Below are positions 13,395-26,085 of a DNA stretch of 64,000 nucleotides, piece after piece. The notes under the pieces are model-generated. The model had not been told where the DNA came from, did not search any database, and saw only the letters and a list, made by a program, of their open reading frames with translations. A program made the position numbers and the translations under genes. The DNA is from the human T2T-CHM13v2.0 reference genome, Homo sapiens. The stretch lies in the NCBI RefSeq assembly GCF_009914755.1, contig NC_060931.1; one strand, given 5' to 3'. Each line of letters starts with the position of its first letter. The first letter of the stretch is position 1.

Positions 13395-13923
13395 CTTCAG
13401 AATGAAGACCCAAAGAAATGGAGGAAATTGTCCATTTTTATGTTTAGGTTCAACAAAGTATAGACAATCATGTATAATTATGATTGGACAAAAGAGTATG
13501 ATCCTAATTCTCATAGAAGGAGTGGGGAAATCCAGCAAGGCCTGTGTGTCTCTAGATTCTTCCTATCCTCTCTGAGCATGCATGCCTTCCTTCTGGGTGT
13601 AGGGCAGGACCCTTTCTGGAATTGGGCAGGGGAAGGTTTTATGACCTATAGTGAAACAAGATTGGTCAGATAAGTTACTTTTGGCCAGTTTTTACACAGA
13701 AATGTGGAGAGAAAGTTAGGGTAATATTTTTAGGTTTTATGACTGGCCTTGGGGTAAAGGTTCTGGCTTCTGTGACCAGCCTTGGGCAAGAGGGATTCTA
13801 GTTTCTGTGGGTAGCCTTGGGGGAGAATAGGACTGAGGAGGGGAGAAGATCAGAGAAAAAGCAGCTTCTGAGGCCACTTCTGAACCCTTCATTTTGGGGG
13901 TATTGTCTTCTGAGCCCTAATAC
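13260..13923 (-). mobile_element. MER39-type ERV1 solo LTR
   Basis: Reverse complement reads TGTATTAGGGCTCAGAAGACAATACCCCCAAAATGAAGG...AGAAACTAGAATCCCTCTT..., matching remembered MER39; contains (TG)n. Confidence 0.8.
13356..13393 (+). repeat. (TG)n microsatellite, ~19 units
   Basis: Directly visible. Confidence 0.97.
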
Positions 13924-14679
13924 ATGTCACTTGGAGAGGGCCCACTTAAAGGTGTTCAGAAAATGATTTGAAATGGTTTGAAACTGATCTAATGAATGGC
14001 ATTTAATTCTATGTTTGATTGTCAGTACCATTTTAGTTTTTCTTCTATGTATTCAGAAAAATTTTATTTTTTTTTTGAATTGTTGGATGCAGAATAAAAA
14101 CTTACAGGTTATAAATGTTAATAATATTAAGTGTGTTTAGACTAGAAATATGCTAATTGACTGCCTGAAGACGACCATAGCTATCAAAAGAATGTTTTGC
14201 TTATTTTCAGTTATCCCACAAACATAACAGCTTGAATATATTGAGAAACTTGAGCTTTTTAGATTTGTCCTTGAACTCTTGATTGGCTTTGCAAGTTGTT
14301 TTCTGGATGGTGTGGTAAAGGATTTAATACCCTTTGGTATTGATTTTAAAAGGTAATGAGAATTTTTTTTTTGATATAATCCTCACAAAATATACTTTGT
14401 GTATAAGTTGAGTGTCCTGACATAATCTCAATAGCCTAAGGTTTTCCCCTAAGGCAAATTTTTAGGTTTCTGTTCAATATTTATTTAAGCTAATTCAAGC
14501 ATCGATGATATAATTTAATTAATTCTGTTTATTCCACCCAAGCTCTTATCAGTTGATATTCCCTAGTGTTGAGTCTCAGAGGAGTATTTTTATATTTTCA
14601 TCTCTATATTTTATATTTATACTGTGGGCATTTTTTCCCCTCATTTTACCTGGTCTCTTAATTCCATTTCTCCTGAGTT

Positions 14680-14860
14680 GCTGCCCCCTTGAACAGCCTC
14701 ATCCATCCTTCATACAACAAGCTTTCATATATTTAATAACTATTATTAGGTTATCCTTATGCTGTCATTTCTTCAGCCACAATAATCCCAGTTCCTTTAA
14801 GCTTTATTTTTATCCTGCTTTTATCTAGCCTTTAATATTTTAGTGGCTTCTTCTAGATCT
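14680..14860 (-). mobile_element. L3/CR1 LINE fragment (very old)
   Basis: Resembles antisense CR1 ORF2 (..CTTTCATATATTTAATAACTATTAT..AATCCCAGTTCCTTTAA..TTCTAGATC); highly diverged. Confidence 0.45.
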
Positions 14861-16459
14861 TCTTTAGAAAAGAGTGGTGTGAGATTATAAAACGAACCTG
14901 CTGCTAGAAGTGTGCTTGTCACTTCTCTATAGCCGTCAAATTCTTTGAGATCCTCAAACTGAAGCATCCATGGGAACATTTATTATTTGTTCAAATATGG
15001 CCATAAAAATCGACTTTGCAATCATATTGAGTCATCTTGACAGTGCTGTGAGTGACAGAAACTAATCTTATCTGCTGGCTAGCATTTTAAAAATGATAAA
15101 TGGACCCTCAGTCTTTAGTTTGCCTGTAAATGAAATTAGGTTTATCTTATTTCTCCCAGAAATAGCATTACTTAGAAAATTTTGAATTATTTCTTTCTGA
15201 ACAAAGTTAAATGGCCAAGGCTAGGGGCTAAATTTTGATTATTATTACATACATATATTTTTTGCCTTTTATCAGCAAATAATGGTGCATTGGGAAAATT
15301 CAAGTATTAAGAAATCAGCATATATTTTCTAAACAGAACAAAGATTCCTCACCATCTATACTTGCAGCCTGAGAAATATATGTTCAAAGTAAATTTTACT
15401 GAATATTTGTTCTTTGAATTTTTTTTTCAGATCTAAAATAAAGTTCCAAATCTTGATAATCACAGCACGTTTAGGACTAATGTCTTCATTGTTTTATCTG
15501 TCTTCCTTTTAGTTGCCTAATCATTTAAAGATCAAATTAAATTGAAATCTAATATAATTCCTGCTGGTAAAGTGACTTTTATAGTAACTTCCACCATTTA
15601 TTTGTTTTCTTAGTAGGAAACTGATTTACCTTACTTCTACATGTGTTTTTGGTATCTTTATTCTGAAATTGTCTTTTCTTTGTCAATCAGGATCTAGGAC
15701 TTCAGAACCCATTTGTATCAACTCCTATAAGAAACTAAATTAGGTCACCTAACAGTGTCAAATGCCTTTTTCTTCTGCGTTTTCACTGACATTTTAGAAC
15801 TCCAATACTGTCATACTGTCATTTTTTTCTTTCCTCTATTCTTAATCTCTAGGACCATGTTAGTAAGTTTGTTAGATATTTTGTCAAATGTGATTTTTAA
15901 CCAAATCGAGGGAATTAAAGCAATAACCTTTTTATGTTCTGTTTCTAAAGCAAGAGGACATTGCTGTGCAGGGTTGATTTTTTGAAAAACCTTGTTGTCT
16001 TCCACTTGTAGGTTTCCTTCCCTTTTTTTTTTTTTTCCCCTGGTCACTGTTTTTCAGGGCTCTTTGTATCTTGTACATGAAATAATATGAAAAGAAGATT
16101 TGAATGAATGGGAGGATAACTCTTCACTTTTTGTCTCGATTATTATGTTTTTAAATTTCATTTCACTTTGGGCCTTTAAAAGCATATGTGTGTGTACGTA
16201 TGTATGTGTGTATGTATTTATGTGTTTAGTATTTGGAAATTTGTGAGGGATGAAAAGGTTACTTCAACAATTCCCTTGTCTATGTGGTCGCTATTTCTCT
16301 GCCAAATACTCATAAATGAGTTATTCTTTTCCTCCCCCACTCTTGCATTATAGAAGAAAAAAGTAATGCCTCATTTGTTAGTATCATTAAGAAATGAAAT
16401 GTCTCTCAAAAGTTAATTTTCCAGATAACTAAATCCTACCTCTGGGAATCATACTAGCT

Positions 16460-16592
16460 CCTCCATTTTTAGATGTTGAACAAGTTATAAATTTCACTGA
16501 CCCTCCATTTCTTCTTTTCTAAAGATGTGCATGTAATACCTATTTTAATGATTTGTTCAGGGGATTAAATAAGTGTAAAATGCCTAGAACCG
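16460..16592 (+). mobile_element. MIR fragment
   Basis: TTGAACAAGTTA...ATGTAATACCTA...GGGATTAAAT...GTAAAATGCCTAGAAC. Confidence 0.6.
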
Positions 16593-16989
16593 CAAAAAAC
16601 TTAGTATTTTTGAGATATCAAGAAAACTGGATACCTTATAGCTGATCAATAAATACTAGGTTCTTTCCCTTTTCCCATTAAATGCCATATCTTGATTTAA
16701 ATTATCTTTTTCTTATTTCTTCCTACACTCATAGTCATAAAATCAGTTAGATTTTACATTCAAATTTTAAAAAATTTTCCTTTCTGTATTTATTACAGAT
16801 TCTCCAGTTCACATTCTCTTTATCATTCACTTGAACCATTTTCAATATTAAAGAGTCTTAGAAGCAATCTAGTTTGACTACTGTCCCAATAGTTGAATTC
16901 TGTCTGCATCCTTTCTTCAAGTTACTTTGCAGTCTATATCTATTGCTTAAATGTGCTGGTGCTAGTTTGACCCTATATAACCACAAAGA

Positions 16990-17315
16990 ATGTCAGATCT
17001 CAGTTTCATGTGGCACCCTTCCAATACATGAGGATGGTTGGCATGTTCTCACTGAGCCTCCCTTTTTCCAAATGAAAATCCCTGATTACCAATTTATATT
17101 TTGGGGTTTCCAGTGCCTTGACATTCGGGTTACTATTTCCTGCTGCTTCAGTTGGTTTAACTTGCTCTTGGATTGGAATGGATTCTAGTCTAGATATGAT
17201 TTAACCAATCCAGAGGAGAGTGAGATGATTACTTCTCTTCTAGATACTTCTGTTAATGTAGCCTGATATCACTCTAGATAATGTTTTATAGCCAGTCACT
17301 CTGTTGATTCATAGT
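16990..17315 (-). mobile_element. L3/CR1 LINE fragment
   Basis: CTAGATATGATTTAACCAAT.CAGAG.AGAGTGAGATGATTACTTC...ATACTTCTGTTAATGTAGCCT...CACTCTGTTGATTCATA is typical antisense L3; probably continues at ~18020-18290. Confidence 0.6.
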
Positions 17316-17364
17316 AACTTTTAAGAATTCTTTCTTATGGGTACTGTTTTTAAACTATATCTAT

Positions 17365-17960
17365 TTTATTTTTTAAGATCAGATTTATTGATATATAGTT
17401 TACATACAGCAAAATTTCACCCTTTTTATAATAGCTGGAAAACTTTTTTTTTTTTTTTTTTTTTCCGAGATGGAGTCTTGCTCTGTCACCCAGGCTGGAG
17501 TGCAGTGGCACGATCTTGGTCACTGCAGCCTCTGCCTCCTGGGTTCAAGTGATTCTCCTGCCTCAGCCCCCCGAGTAGCTGGGATTACAGGCATGTGCCA
17601 CCATACCCAGCTAATTTTTGTATTTTTTGTTTGAGATGAGGTTTACCATGTTGGCCAGGCTGGTCTCAAACTTCTCACCTCAAGCGATCTGCCTGCCTCA
17701 GCCTCCCAGTGTGCTGGGATTGCAGGAGTGAGCCACTTTACCCGGCCTTAGCTGGAAAACTTGAAGAGTTTTGACAAATGTATACAGTCATATAACTATC
17801 ACCACAATTGAGATATAAATTGTTTCCTTCCTTTTCAAAAGTTCCCTAGTATCCCTTTGCAGCCGGTCCATTTCCCCACCCCCAGCCTCTGGCAACCTGA
17901 TTCCTGTCCATATAATTTTGTATTTTGTAGATACCATTCTATTCTTATATGGTTGGCTTC
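17365..17960 (-). mobile_element. Old L1M (L1MB/ME-like) 3' end, split by an Alu
   Basis: CAGATTTATTGATATATAGTTTACATACAG...TTTTGACAAATGTATACAGTCA..AACTATCACCACAAT...CCCCAGCCTCTGGCAAC. Confidence 0.75.
17444..17747 (-). mobile_element. Alu (AluS-type) with TSD TAGCTGGAAAACTT
   Basis: Full Alu; TSD copies at 17432-17445 and 17749-17762. Confidence 0.96.
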
Positions 17961-18699
17961 TCTGCTCTGGTATAAAACTTTATTTATTTAAAATTTCTAC
18001 ATCTTAGTTTGGATACATAGCTCTAGACTGTCATGATATTTTTAATCCCAATTCTGTTTTTATTTTCTTCCCTATCTCATAACATGCATAAATTTGATAT
18101 GCATTTTAGCTGATCCTCCATGTTATTGGGGATAAAAGGCCAAAGATAAGAGCCAAGGAGGAAAAACCCACAAAAATTCCTTATTTGACACTAGACAACA
18201 TTATCGAAGGTGACATTTATTCATTAATCATTCTCTTTTGATATTGTGCTTTAATCCACTAAACTTTATTATTGTTCAGTTCATACTTATATAGGCATAT
18301 GTTGGAGGTATTCCAGGTTCAGTTCCAGACCACCAGAATAAAGTGAAAATCACTATATAGCAAGCCACATGAATTTTTTAGTTTCTCAGTGCATATAAAA
18401 GTTATGTTTACACTATAGTGTAGTTTGTAAAGTGTGTGATAGCATTACGTCTGAAAAACAAAATATATATCTTAATTTATTGATCAGCTTTATTGATAAA
18501 AAATACTGATGATCATCTGAGCCTTCAGCAAATTGTCATCTTTTTGCTGGTGGCGGGTCTTGCCTTGATGTTTGTGGCTGCTAACTGATCGGGATGGTGG
18601 TTGTTGAATGTTGGGGTAACTGTGCCAATTTCTGGAAATAAGGTAACAATGAAGCTTGCCCTATGGATTGACTCTTCCTCTTATGAAAAATTTCTCTGT

Positions 18700-20543
18700 A
18701 GCATGCCATGCTGTTTGATAGCATTTTACTCCCGGTAGAACGTCTTTCAACATTGGAGTCAATCCCCTCAAACGCTGTCACTGCTTTATCAATTAAGTTT
18801 ATATAATTCTAAATCCTTTGTTGTCATTTCAACAGTGTCCACAGCATCTTCAAGAGTAGATTACATCTCAAGAAATCACTTTCTTTGCTTGACTATAAAA
18901 ACTCCTTGTTTGTTCAAGTTTTATCATGAGATTGTAGCAATTTCATCTTTAGGCTCCACTTCTAATTCGCTTGCTGTTTCTACCATATTTGCAATTACTT
19001 CCTCCACTGGAGTCTTGAACCCCTCTGAATCATCGATGAGGTTTGGAACCAACTTCCAAACTCCTGTTAATGTTGATATTTTGACCTCTTTCCATAAACC
19101 AGAAATGTTTGTAATGGCATCTAGCATGGTGAATCCTTTCCAAAAGGTTTTCAATTTACTTTGCCCGGATCCATCAGAAGAATCACTATTTATAGCAGCT
19201 ATAGTCTTATGAAATGTGTTTTTTAAAATAATAGGACTTAAGAATCCAAATGACTCCTTGATGCACGGGCTGTAGAACAGATGCTGTATTAGCAGACATG
19301 AAAACAATCTCGTTTTTATGTCAACAGTGTTGACATTTCACTAGTGTTTACAGCATCTTCACCAGAGTAGATTCCATCTCAAGAAACCACTTTCTTTGCT
19401 TGACTATAAGGACTCTTTGTCCGTTCAAATTTTGTCATGAGATTGCAGCAATTTAGTCCATCTTTCGGCTCCACTTCTATTTATAGAGAACAAGCAGAGT
19501 AGATTTAGCATAATTCTTGGGGGCCCTAGGATTTTTAGAATGGTAAATGAGCATTAGCTTCAACTTTAAGTCACCAGCTGCATTAGCCTCTAACAAGAGA
19601 ATCAGCCTGTCCTTTGAAGCTTTGAAGCCAGCCATTGACTTCTCTCTAGCTCTGAAAAGTTCTAGATGGCATCTTCTTCCAATAGAAGGCTGTTTCATCT
19701 ACACTGAAAATCTGTTATGTAGTGTAGCCACCATCAATGATCTTGGCTAGATCTTCTGAATAACTTGCTGTAGCTTCTACATTAGCACTTGCTGCTTCAC
19801 CTTGCCCTTTTATGTTATATAGATGGCTTCTTTCCTTAAACCTAATGAACCAGCCTCTGTTAGCTTCAAGCTTTTCTTCTGCAGCTTTCTCACCTCTCTC
19901 AGCCTTCAAAGAACTGAAGAGAGTAGAGCCTTGTTCTGGATTAGGCGTTTGCTTAAGAGAATGTTTTGGTTGGTTTGATCTTCTATCCAGACCACTAAAA
20001 CTTTCGCCATGTAAGAAATGAGGCTGTTTTACTTTCTTATCCTTTTTTCTTGGTTCACTAGAGTAGCACTTGTAATTTCCTTCAAGAACTTTTCTTTGCA
20101 TTCGCAACGTGGCTGTTTGGTGCAAGAGGCCTGTCTTGGCTTTCTACGTGCCTTCCTCACTAAGCTTAATTATTTCTAGCTTTTCATTAGTTAATTAGTT
20201 AATATGTTTTCTTGAGACAGAGTCTTGCTTTGTCACCCAGGCCAGAGTGCAGTGGCACGATCTTGGCTCACCGTAACCTCCACCTCCCAGGTTCAATTGA
20301 TTCTCATGCGTCAGCCTCCTGAGTAGCTGAGATTACAGGCATGCATCACCAGTTTGGTTTTTTTTAGTAGAGACGGGTTTCACTGTGTTGTTAGGCTGGT
20401 CTTGAACCCCTGCCCTCAAGTGATCTGCCCGCCTTGGCCTCCCAAAGTGCTGGGATTACAGGCATGAGCAACCACGCCCGTCCTCTAGCTTTTACAGTGA
20501 GAGACGTGTGACTTTTCCTTTCACTTGAACACTTAGAGGCCAT
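18700..20543 (-). pseudogene. Disrupted Tigger1 (pogo/CENP-B-like DDE) transposase
   Basis: Frameshifted fragments in ORFs 18924-19307, 19477-19698, 19715-20125 and 20391-20669; Alu inserted shortly after the start codon; ATG at ~20543; 3' boundary approximate. Confidence 0.85.
20185..20483 (-). mobile_element. Alu (AluS-type) inserted in Tigger1, TSD TCTAGCTTTT
   Basis: TSD copies at 20175-20184 and 20484-20493; short deletion near the central linker. Confidence 0.93.
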
Positions 20544-21389
20544 TGTAGGGTTATTAATTGGTATATTTTCAAAATTGTTATGTCTCTGTGAATTGGGAAG
20601 CCGGAGGAGAGAGAGAGAGATGAGGGAATGATGGCCAGTGAGTGGGGCAGTCAGAAGGCACACATGCATTGATTAAGTTTGCAGTCTTGTATAAGTGTGG
20701 TTCGTGGTGCCCCAAACCATTACAATAGTAACATCAAAGATCACCAGGATAGATATAATAATAATGAAAAAGTTTGAAATGTTGCAAGAATTATCAAAAT
20801 GTGATACAGAGACATAAAGTGAACACAGGCTGTTGGAAAAATGGCACCTATAAACGTTCTGGGTACAGGGTTGCCACAAACCTTCAATTTGTAAAAAATG
20901 CAATAAAGCAAAGCATACTTCAAAAAACATGTGCTGGTACATGTATTTTAACCAAGGACAGCACAAGAAATCTTGGCAGATGTCATGTTGAAATCTGGAA
21001 CATGACTTTAAGCCTAGATTTCCATTACATAAAAGTCTAGTAACCTTTTCTGCCTACTAATGTGACTTTGAAAGTATCATCTGGCACACTGTTTATTGAA
21101 ATTCACATTTTTCTTTGTCATTTTTGTTCTTTCACATTTTTAAGTTTGAAATTTATGTGCCTGATACTTTCCATAGCCATAAGTTGTACAAAACCAGTGG
21201 ATTTTGTTTCTCAGTTGGCTATTTCTTATGAATGAAATCTTCTCTAAAGTATATTTTTGTATTTGAATTGAAGCCATGCTTTTTGTTACAAAGCCCTTGT
21301 TGCCTTCATTAGGTATTAAACAGCCCTACACTGGCAGGGAGAGGTGTTACGTAGGAAATCATTTATATTAATCATTTATATTTACTAAA

Positions 21390-21478
21390 TGAGCCCTCTG
21401 AGAGCAGGCACCGTGTCTCCTTTGTGTACTAATGTGACCCCAGAATCAAGCACAATGCCAAGTACATAGTAGGTACCT
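21390..21478 (+). mobile_element. L2 3' end fragment
   Basis: TGAGAGCAGG.ACCGTGTC...CCCCAG..AGCACAATGCC..GTACATAGTAGGTAC. Confidence 0.7.
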
Positions 21479-21969
21479 TCAAATCAGAATCTCTGACTCT
21501 AGCCTAAACCTCTTTCATACCCGAATGTACTGTATTCTGTTGTATTAAATATCAGGCCCTGTTTAGACTTGTTTTATTATACATTTGTGGCTATTACTCA
21601 CAATAGCAGAGTTATTCTTCCTGCAGGAATTTAAATAATAAAGATTTTCTTGAAAAATGTAACTCTAAGTTTGAGACTATAAAATCTATATCTCAGAGCA
21701 AATCTAGCATTTAATGACATCTAGCTTTTGCTCAAAAGTAATGGCCTTACTGTGTTTTATTACCACCAACAGTATTATAAGTATAAGGCTTTTTATACTT
21801 TCCTTTATCACTCATTTTTATTAATATCAGAAAATAAGAGATAAGCGTAAGCACCAACCTTAACTGAGATGCAGTTGCAAGAATACTGTCCAGAGTTCCC
21901 TAACTTCACAAATGAGGGCATGTTCCTAGCTTCCACATTAGAACCTGTAATAGCCTTTTTGATTTAACA

Positions 21970-22351
21970 TTGCTGGACTACCACCCCCATTTATTCAGCA
22001 AAACACTAATTTAAGTGCTGCTGCAAAGGTATTTTATAGATATGATTAAAATCCATAATCAGTTGACTTCATGTATGGGAGATTATACTAGATACTCTAG
22101 GTGGGCCCAATTCAGTCAGCAAAAAGTTCTTACACGAAGAGTTGTGGCTTTCCCTGAAAAAGAAATTTCATTTGTGGACAGCATCTTCAGCTGATTTCCG
22201 AGACTTAGGCCCCACCTTCCTGACAGCCTGTCCTAATGATTTCGTACTTGCCTACATAGCTCCCACACTATTCTAAGCCAGTACCCTGCCGTGTATTTCT
22301 TAATCTGGATCTCCATTGGTTCTCCTCCTCTAGTTGAACCCTGACTGATAT
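21970..22351 (+). mobile_element. MLT2 (MLT2C/D-like, ERVL) solo LTR
   Basis: AAACACTAATTTAAGTGCTGC..AAGGTATTTT..AGAT.TGATTAA...AATCAGTTGACTT...TGGTTCT...GAACCCTGACTGATA. Confidence 0.8.
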
Positions 22352-24199
22352 ATTACCCAATCAGAATGATGGCTCCTGATAATTTTATAAGAAATAGTGT
22401 GATGCTAAGCATGATTCCTAGTTAATCATTCTATTCCTATGCAACATATCAAAAAAGACCCTTGTTGCATGCTGAATTCTTGGACTAAACGTACTTTTTA
22501 GTTGCACAGCTGCCACAAACCTTACTATTGTATACTTGCTGATTTTGTCATTTGATTTTTTTTTTAATTTCTAGGTTTTTCTAAGGATAGATTCATCATG
22601 TTATTTTTCTTGTCTAGAGTACAGAGAAATAATATTTTGATTATTTTAGTTGTTTCAAAATTGCTCTCTTTTTTGGAAGGAGAAACGTAACTGCCGTGCA
22701 TTTTACTGTAGTCAGTAGTTAAATGTATAACATGTTAGCTCAAAGATTAAAATGTGAATATTCTAGAGCACGAGTACAGAGAGTTGATACAAAGGGGGAT
22801 GTCAGTTGCTCTGAAGTTAAATTCCAGGATTCTGTCACATGCTGATATAGTGCCAAAGCATATGGATCTCCATATGGTGCTGCTTTTGGGGTTTATACCA
22901 CCTGTAATCTAGCTGATTTTCATTCACTTAAATTTGTCCAAGAGGTAAGCAAACTAAATAAGGAAATGAAAATAATATGCCTGTGTTAAAATGCCGAAGT
23001 TTGGGATGAGTTACTGTTATTACAGTGATTACCAAGAAAAAAAAAGATTGATTAGAGGAGTGCATTAGTAATATAGCAGTAGTGTTTCTATCACCTCATT
23101 AACAGCAGGGAACAGTGTATCCATTTCTGACTCGTGGAGAGGGAAATTAATTTTTTTATTTTATTGAGTCTTCGTGAGAAGATGGAGTTAGATCATTTTG
23201 GACATTTTTAAAAGTAATAGTAATGAATATAAATATGTTTTCATGGTTCAGGAATAATGATATTGTGAATGGCACTTGGCATTTTGATTGAATATAAAAA
23301 GTAATAAAACTGGTTGCATTCTGACTACATGATATTGCAGTTGTTTTATATCATTAAGAACCTTTGATTTCAGAAACAGAGAAAGAAAAACATGGCTCAA
23401 TTGAACCATGGTATTCAGACCTCATAAAAATGCTTCTCTAAGCTTGAGGCAGAGTTATTGGTTTATGTGTCAGCTAGCATTGTTTTACATTGCATCTTAA
23501 ATATTTTAGGCTCTCTTCAAAGCAGCTGTTTTAATAGACAGGGCAGAAATCATTGAAGATGTCTTTGTGTTACTGCTGTCACGCAAAAACAAAAAGGTGC
23601 TACTTGTCTACAGTCTAGCAGACATTTGACATTTTTAACTGCAGGTGTTTTATTAATATCCAACATGTGAGAGAAATTGAGCCATAATTATTGATATTTG
23701 AAATTACTTCAAAAGCCATCTATATTAGGCATTACCTCCTTTCAACCACAGCCACCTCTAGGGAGAGATGGCAGATTGGACTGTTTCTGCAGACTCTGTT
23801 TGCTGAAACTCAGTGGTGACTTAGAATGGGAGTAATGAGGAGGGATAGTTTCCTTAACTAGTGATAGAAATGATCATACATGTATGATCAGCACAGTCCA
23901 GCTACATGGAAGTATCTGCCACTGTATTCATAGCATCTGGCACAGTATCTGGTGCAAAGTACAAAACACTGTATTTTCCTGATAATAACAAATCATATTT
24001 TTTCACACTTAAATGTTTGCCATTAAGGTGTATTTTACCCATTAATGTGTATTTTTACTGTTGTTTTTGGCCTCCTCTTAAATTTTTATTAAATATTTGA
24101 ATAAAATGAGTTTGGTGCATTAATAAAGGAAGGAGGAGGACTTACCTTTGTAAGGTCTGATCCATTTGCTTTTGGTATAATTGAAGGATCATTGACTGG

Positions 24200-24415
24200 G
24201 TTAACATGCACTGAGCTCCAGTACTATCCTTGCCATTTACTAGTGGGTATGTGACACTGGGCAACTTACAATATCTCAGGCACTGATTGATTCTTTATTG
24301 ATAAGGTAGGGGTAGTATTATATATCCCAGTTTATAGGATGATTATGAGAATCAAATAAGATAATGGATATGAAGTGTTTTATAAAGTGTGATATACATA
24401 TAAAGGGTATTACTA
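24200..24415 (+). mobile_element. MIR SINE
   Basis: TGCCATTTACTAG..TGTGACACTGGGCAACTTAC...TTATGAGAATCAAATAAGATAATGGATATGAA. Confidence 0.75.
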
Positions 24416-24449
24416 ATCACAGTGTGTCTGTAATTTACGTCTTATTTTA

Positions 24450-24850
24450 TTCTGACTGCCCCAACTAATTCAGGCCTTTTGCCATCTCACACTTGGATTG
24501 TTCCTATCTTCTGCTAAATCAATTCCGTCTCTTGCTTTTATAGGATGTGTTGAGTAGCCCTGAAATAATGTTCTAAATATGTTACTTTCCTTTTCAAGGC
24601 TTTTTGCTGTACCACCTGTCTACTCTTGTAGCCATTATCTTCTCTTTATACTCCTTCCTCCGATTTCATTCCCTGAACTCCTTGCTATTCCTGAGCTCTT
24701 TATGCTTGCCACCTACGTGCCTGTGCATGTGCTGTTATTTCTACCTAAAATCCTTTCTCCCTTCTAACCTCATAATGTTTCTACTCAACAAAATCTGATT
24801 TGTCTCTCAAGACTCATCTCAGATATGACTTTGTCCCTTAATTTTTTTTC
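24450..24850 (+). mobile_element. L2 fragment
   Basis: CATCTCACACTTGGATT...TTGCTATTCCTGA...CATGTGCTGTT.TTTCTACCT...TCAAGACTCA.CTCAGAT. Confidence 0.55.
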
Positions 24851-25924
24851 CTCTTTTGCCAGGCCTGATGTTTCTTTTATGGAAATGGAATAGATAATGG
24901 TAGGAATGGGGATGGCAGCCGGGGAGAGAAAGTATTACCGAATTTGATTTTCTGTTGTTCCCAACAAAGTGAGAGGTGATCCTAGGTTTTATTTTGCTGT
25001 TGGAGAATTTAAAATTGTGGTAAGTTTTTATCGCTCACTTAACATGTCACCAGTTTCTCCCGCCTCCACCCATGTCTATTCTTTGGTGCTTACATTTGTA
25101 CTTTACCGATAAGGGGATTTTATGTAGATCTATTCTTATTTTATGTAATATAGATAATAAATTTTTAATACATCATATAATATAAATTCCATAGGAAATA
25201 GCTGTTTAGGGGAATGAAGAGGTGAGCTATCTAGAAAGCAAAGAACCAGTTTTTACATTGAAAAACCTCACAGTTTATCTGTTATGTAGACTCCTTTATA
25301 TTAGCTTTTCTTAAGTCGTGCTTTATCTCAGGTGGATCTTTAGGAAAATAGTAACTTTACAGCCCAGGCCTATTCCTGAGACTATTAAAATCTTTGTAGA
25401 CTGTACTACTATAGATTGATGAAATGTTTTATTTTATTTCTCAGTAATTTAATACTATTCCCTAGAAATCATTCTTAATATTATTTGAGTATCAAAAATA
25501 ATGTAAATGTCAACAGAACAGCCATCTATGTTTAAATTCTAAGTTCCTAAGCTCTTTACACTAAAAATAGAATTGTTGTTATACATTTTCTCAATTTAAA
25601 AATAAATTGAGGTCTGAAAGAGTTGTTTATTGCTCTGCTCGCCAACCTTAATCTAGTGCTGGGGCAGTATCTGTACCTATCTGCCTGATCTGTGTTTCAA
25701 AATGCTACTAAATTGATGCCTTTTCTTTGACAAAATCACCATGAATCAGAATGGCAATCACAGGGCCCCCTTGAGTTTTAGGTTTTGTGGCCATTGTCAT
25801 TTCCTCCTCATTATTTGAAACCTGTCCTTTCCTAGGCCTGCTGCTTCAGGCATCTTGTAGCCTCCTGCACGTCACTTTTCATCCATGGAGCCCCACCTGA
25901 CCTTTCCTATCCCAGTAGCTCCTT

Positions 25925-26085
25925 AGATGTAACAATTGGCACATTGTATTATAATTTCGCATTTATACATTTATGTCTCCAACTAGACTGTGAGATCCTT
26001 ATGGGTAAGGGATTATGATTTATTAATTTTCTTTAATCCTATGCCTTGCACATTACATGTAGTAAATGTTTGTGGAATTAAAAGA
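25925..26085 (+). mobile_element. L2 3' end
   Basis: TGTCTCC.ACTAGACTGTGAG.TCCTT...GTAAATGTTTGTGGAAT. Confidence 0.7.

Larger units (their letters stand above)
18292..20937 (-). mobile_element. Tigger1 DNA transposon, near full length, rearranged
   Basis: Decayed CAGGCATACC-type ends with TA flanks; minus-strand ORFs carry Tigger1 transposase peptides ([69 protein letters not shown]). Confidence 0.95.

Noticed and set aside
18581-20669. Domesticated TIGD1/CENP-B-like gene
   Set aside because: Multiple frameshifts, an Alu insertion near the start and loss of the second catalytic Asp region mark it as a dead Tigger1 copy
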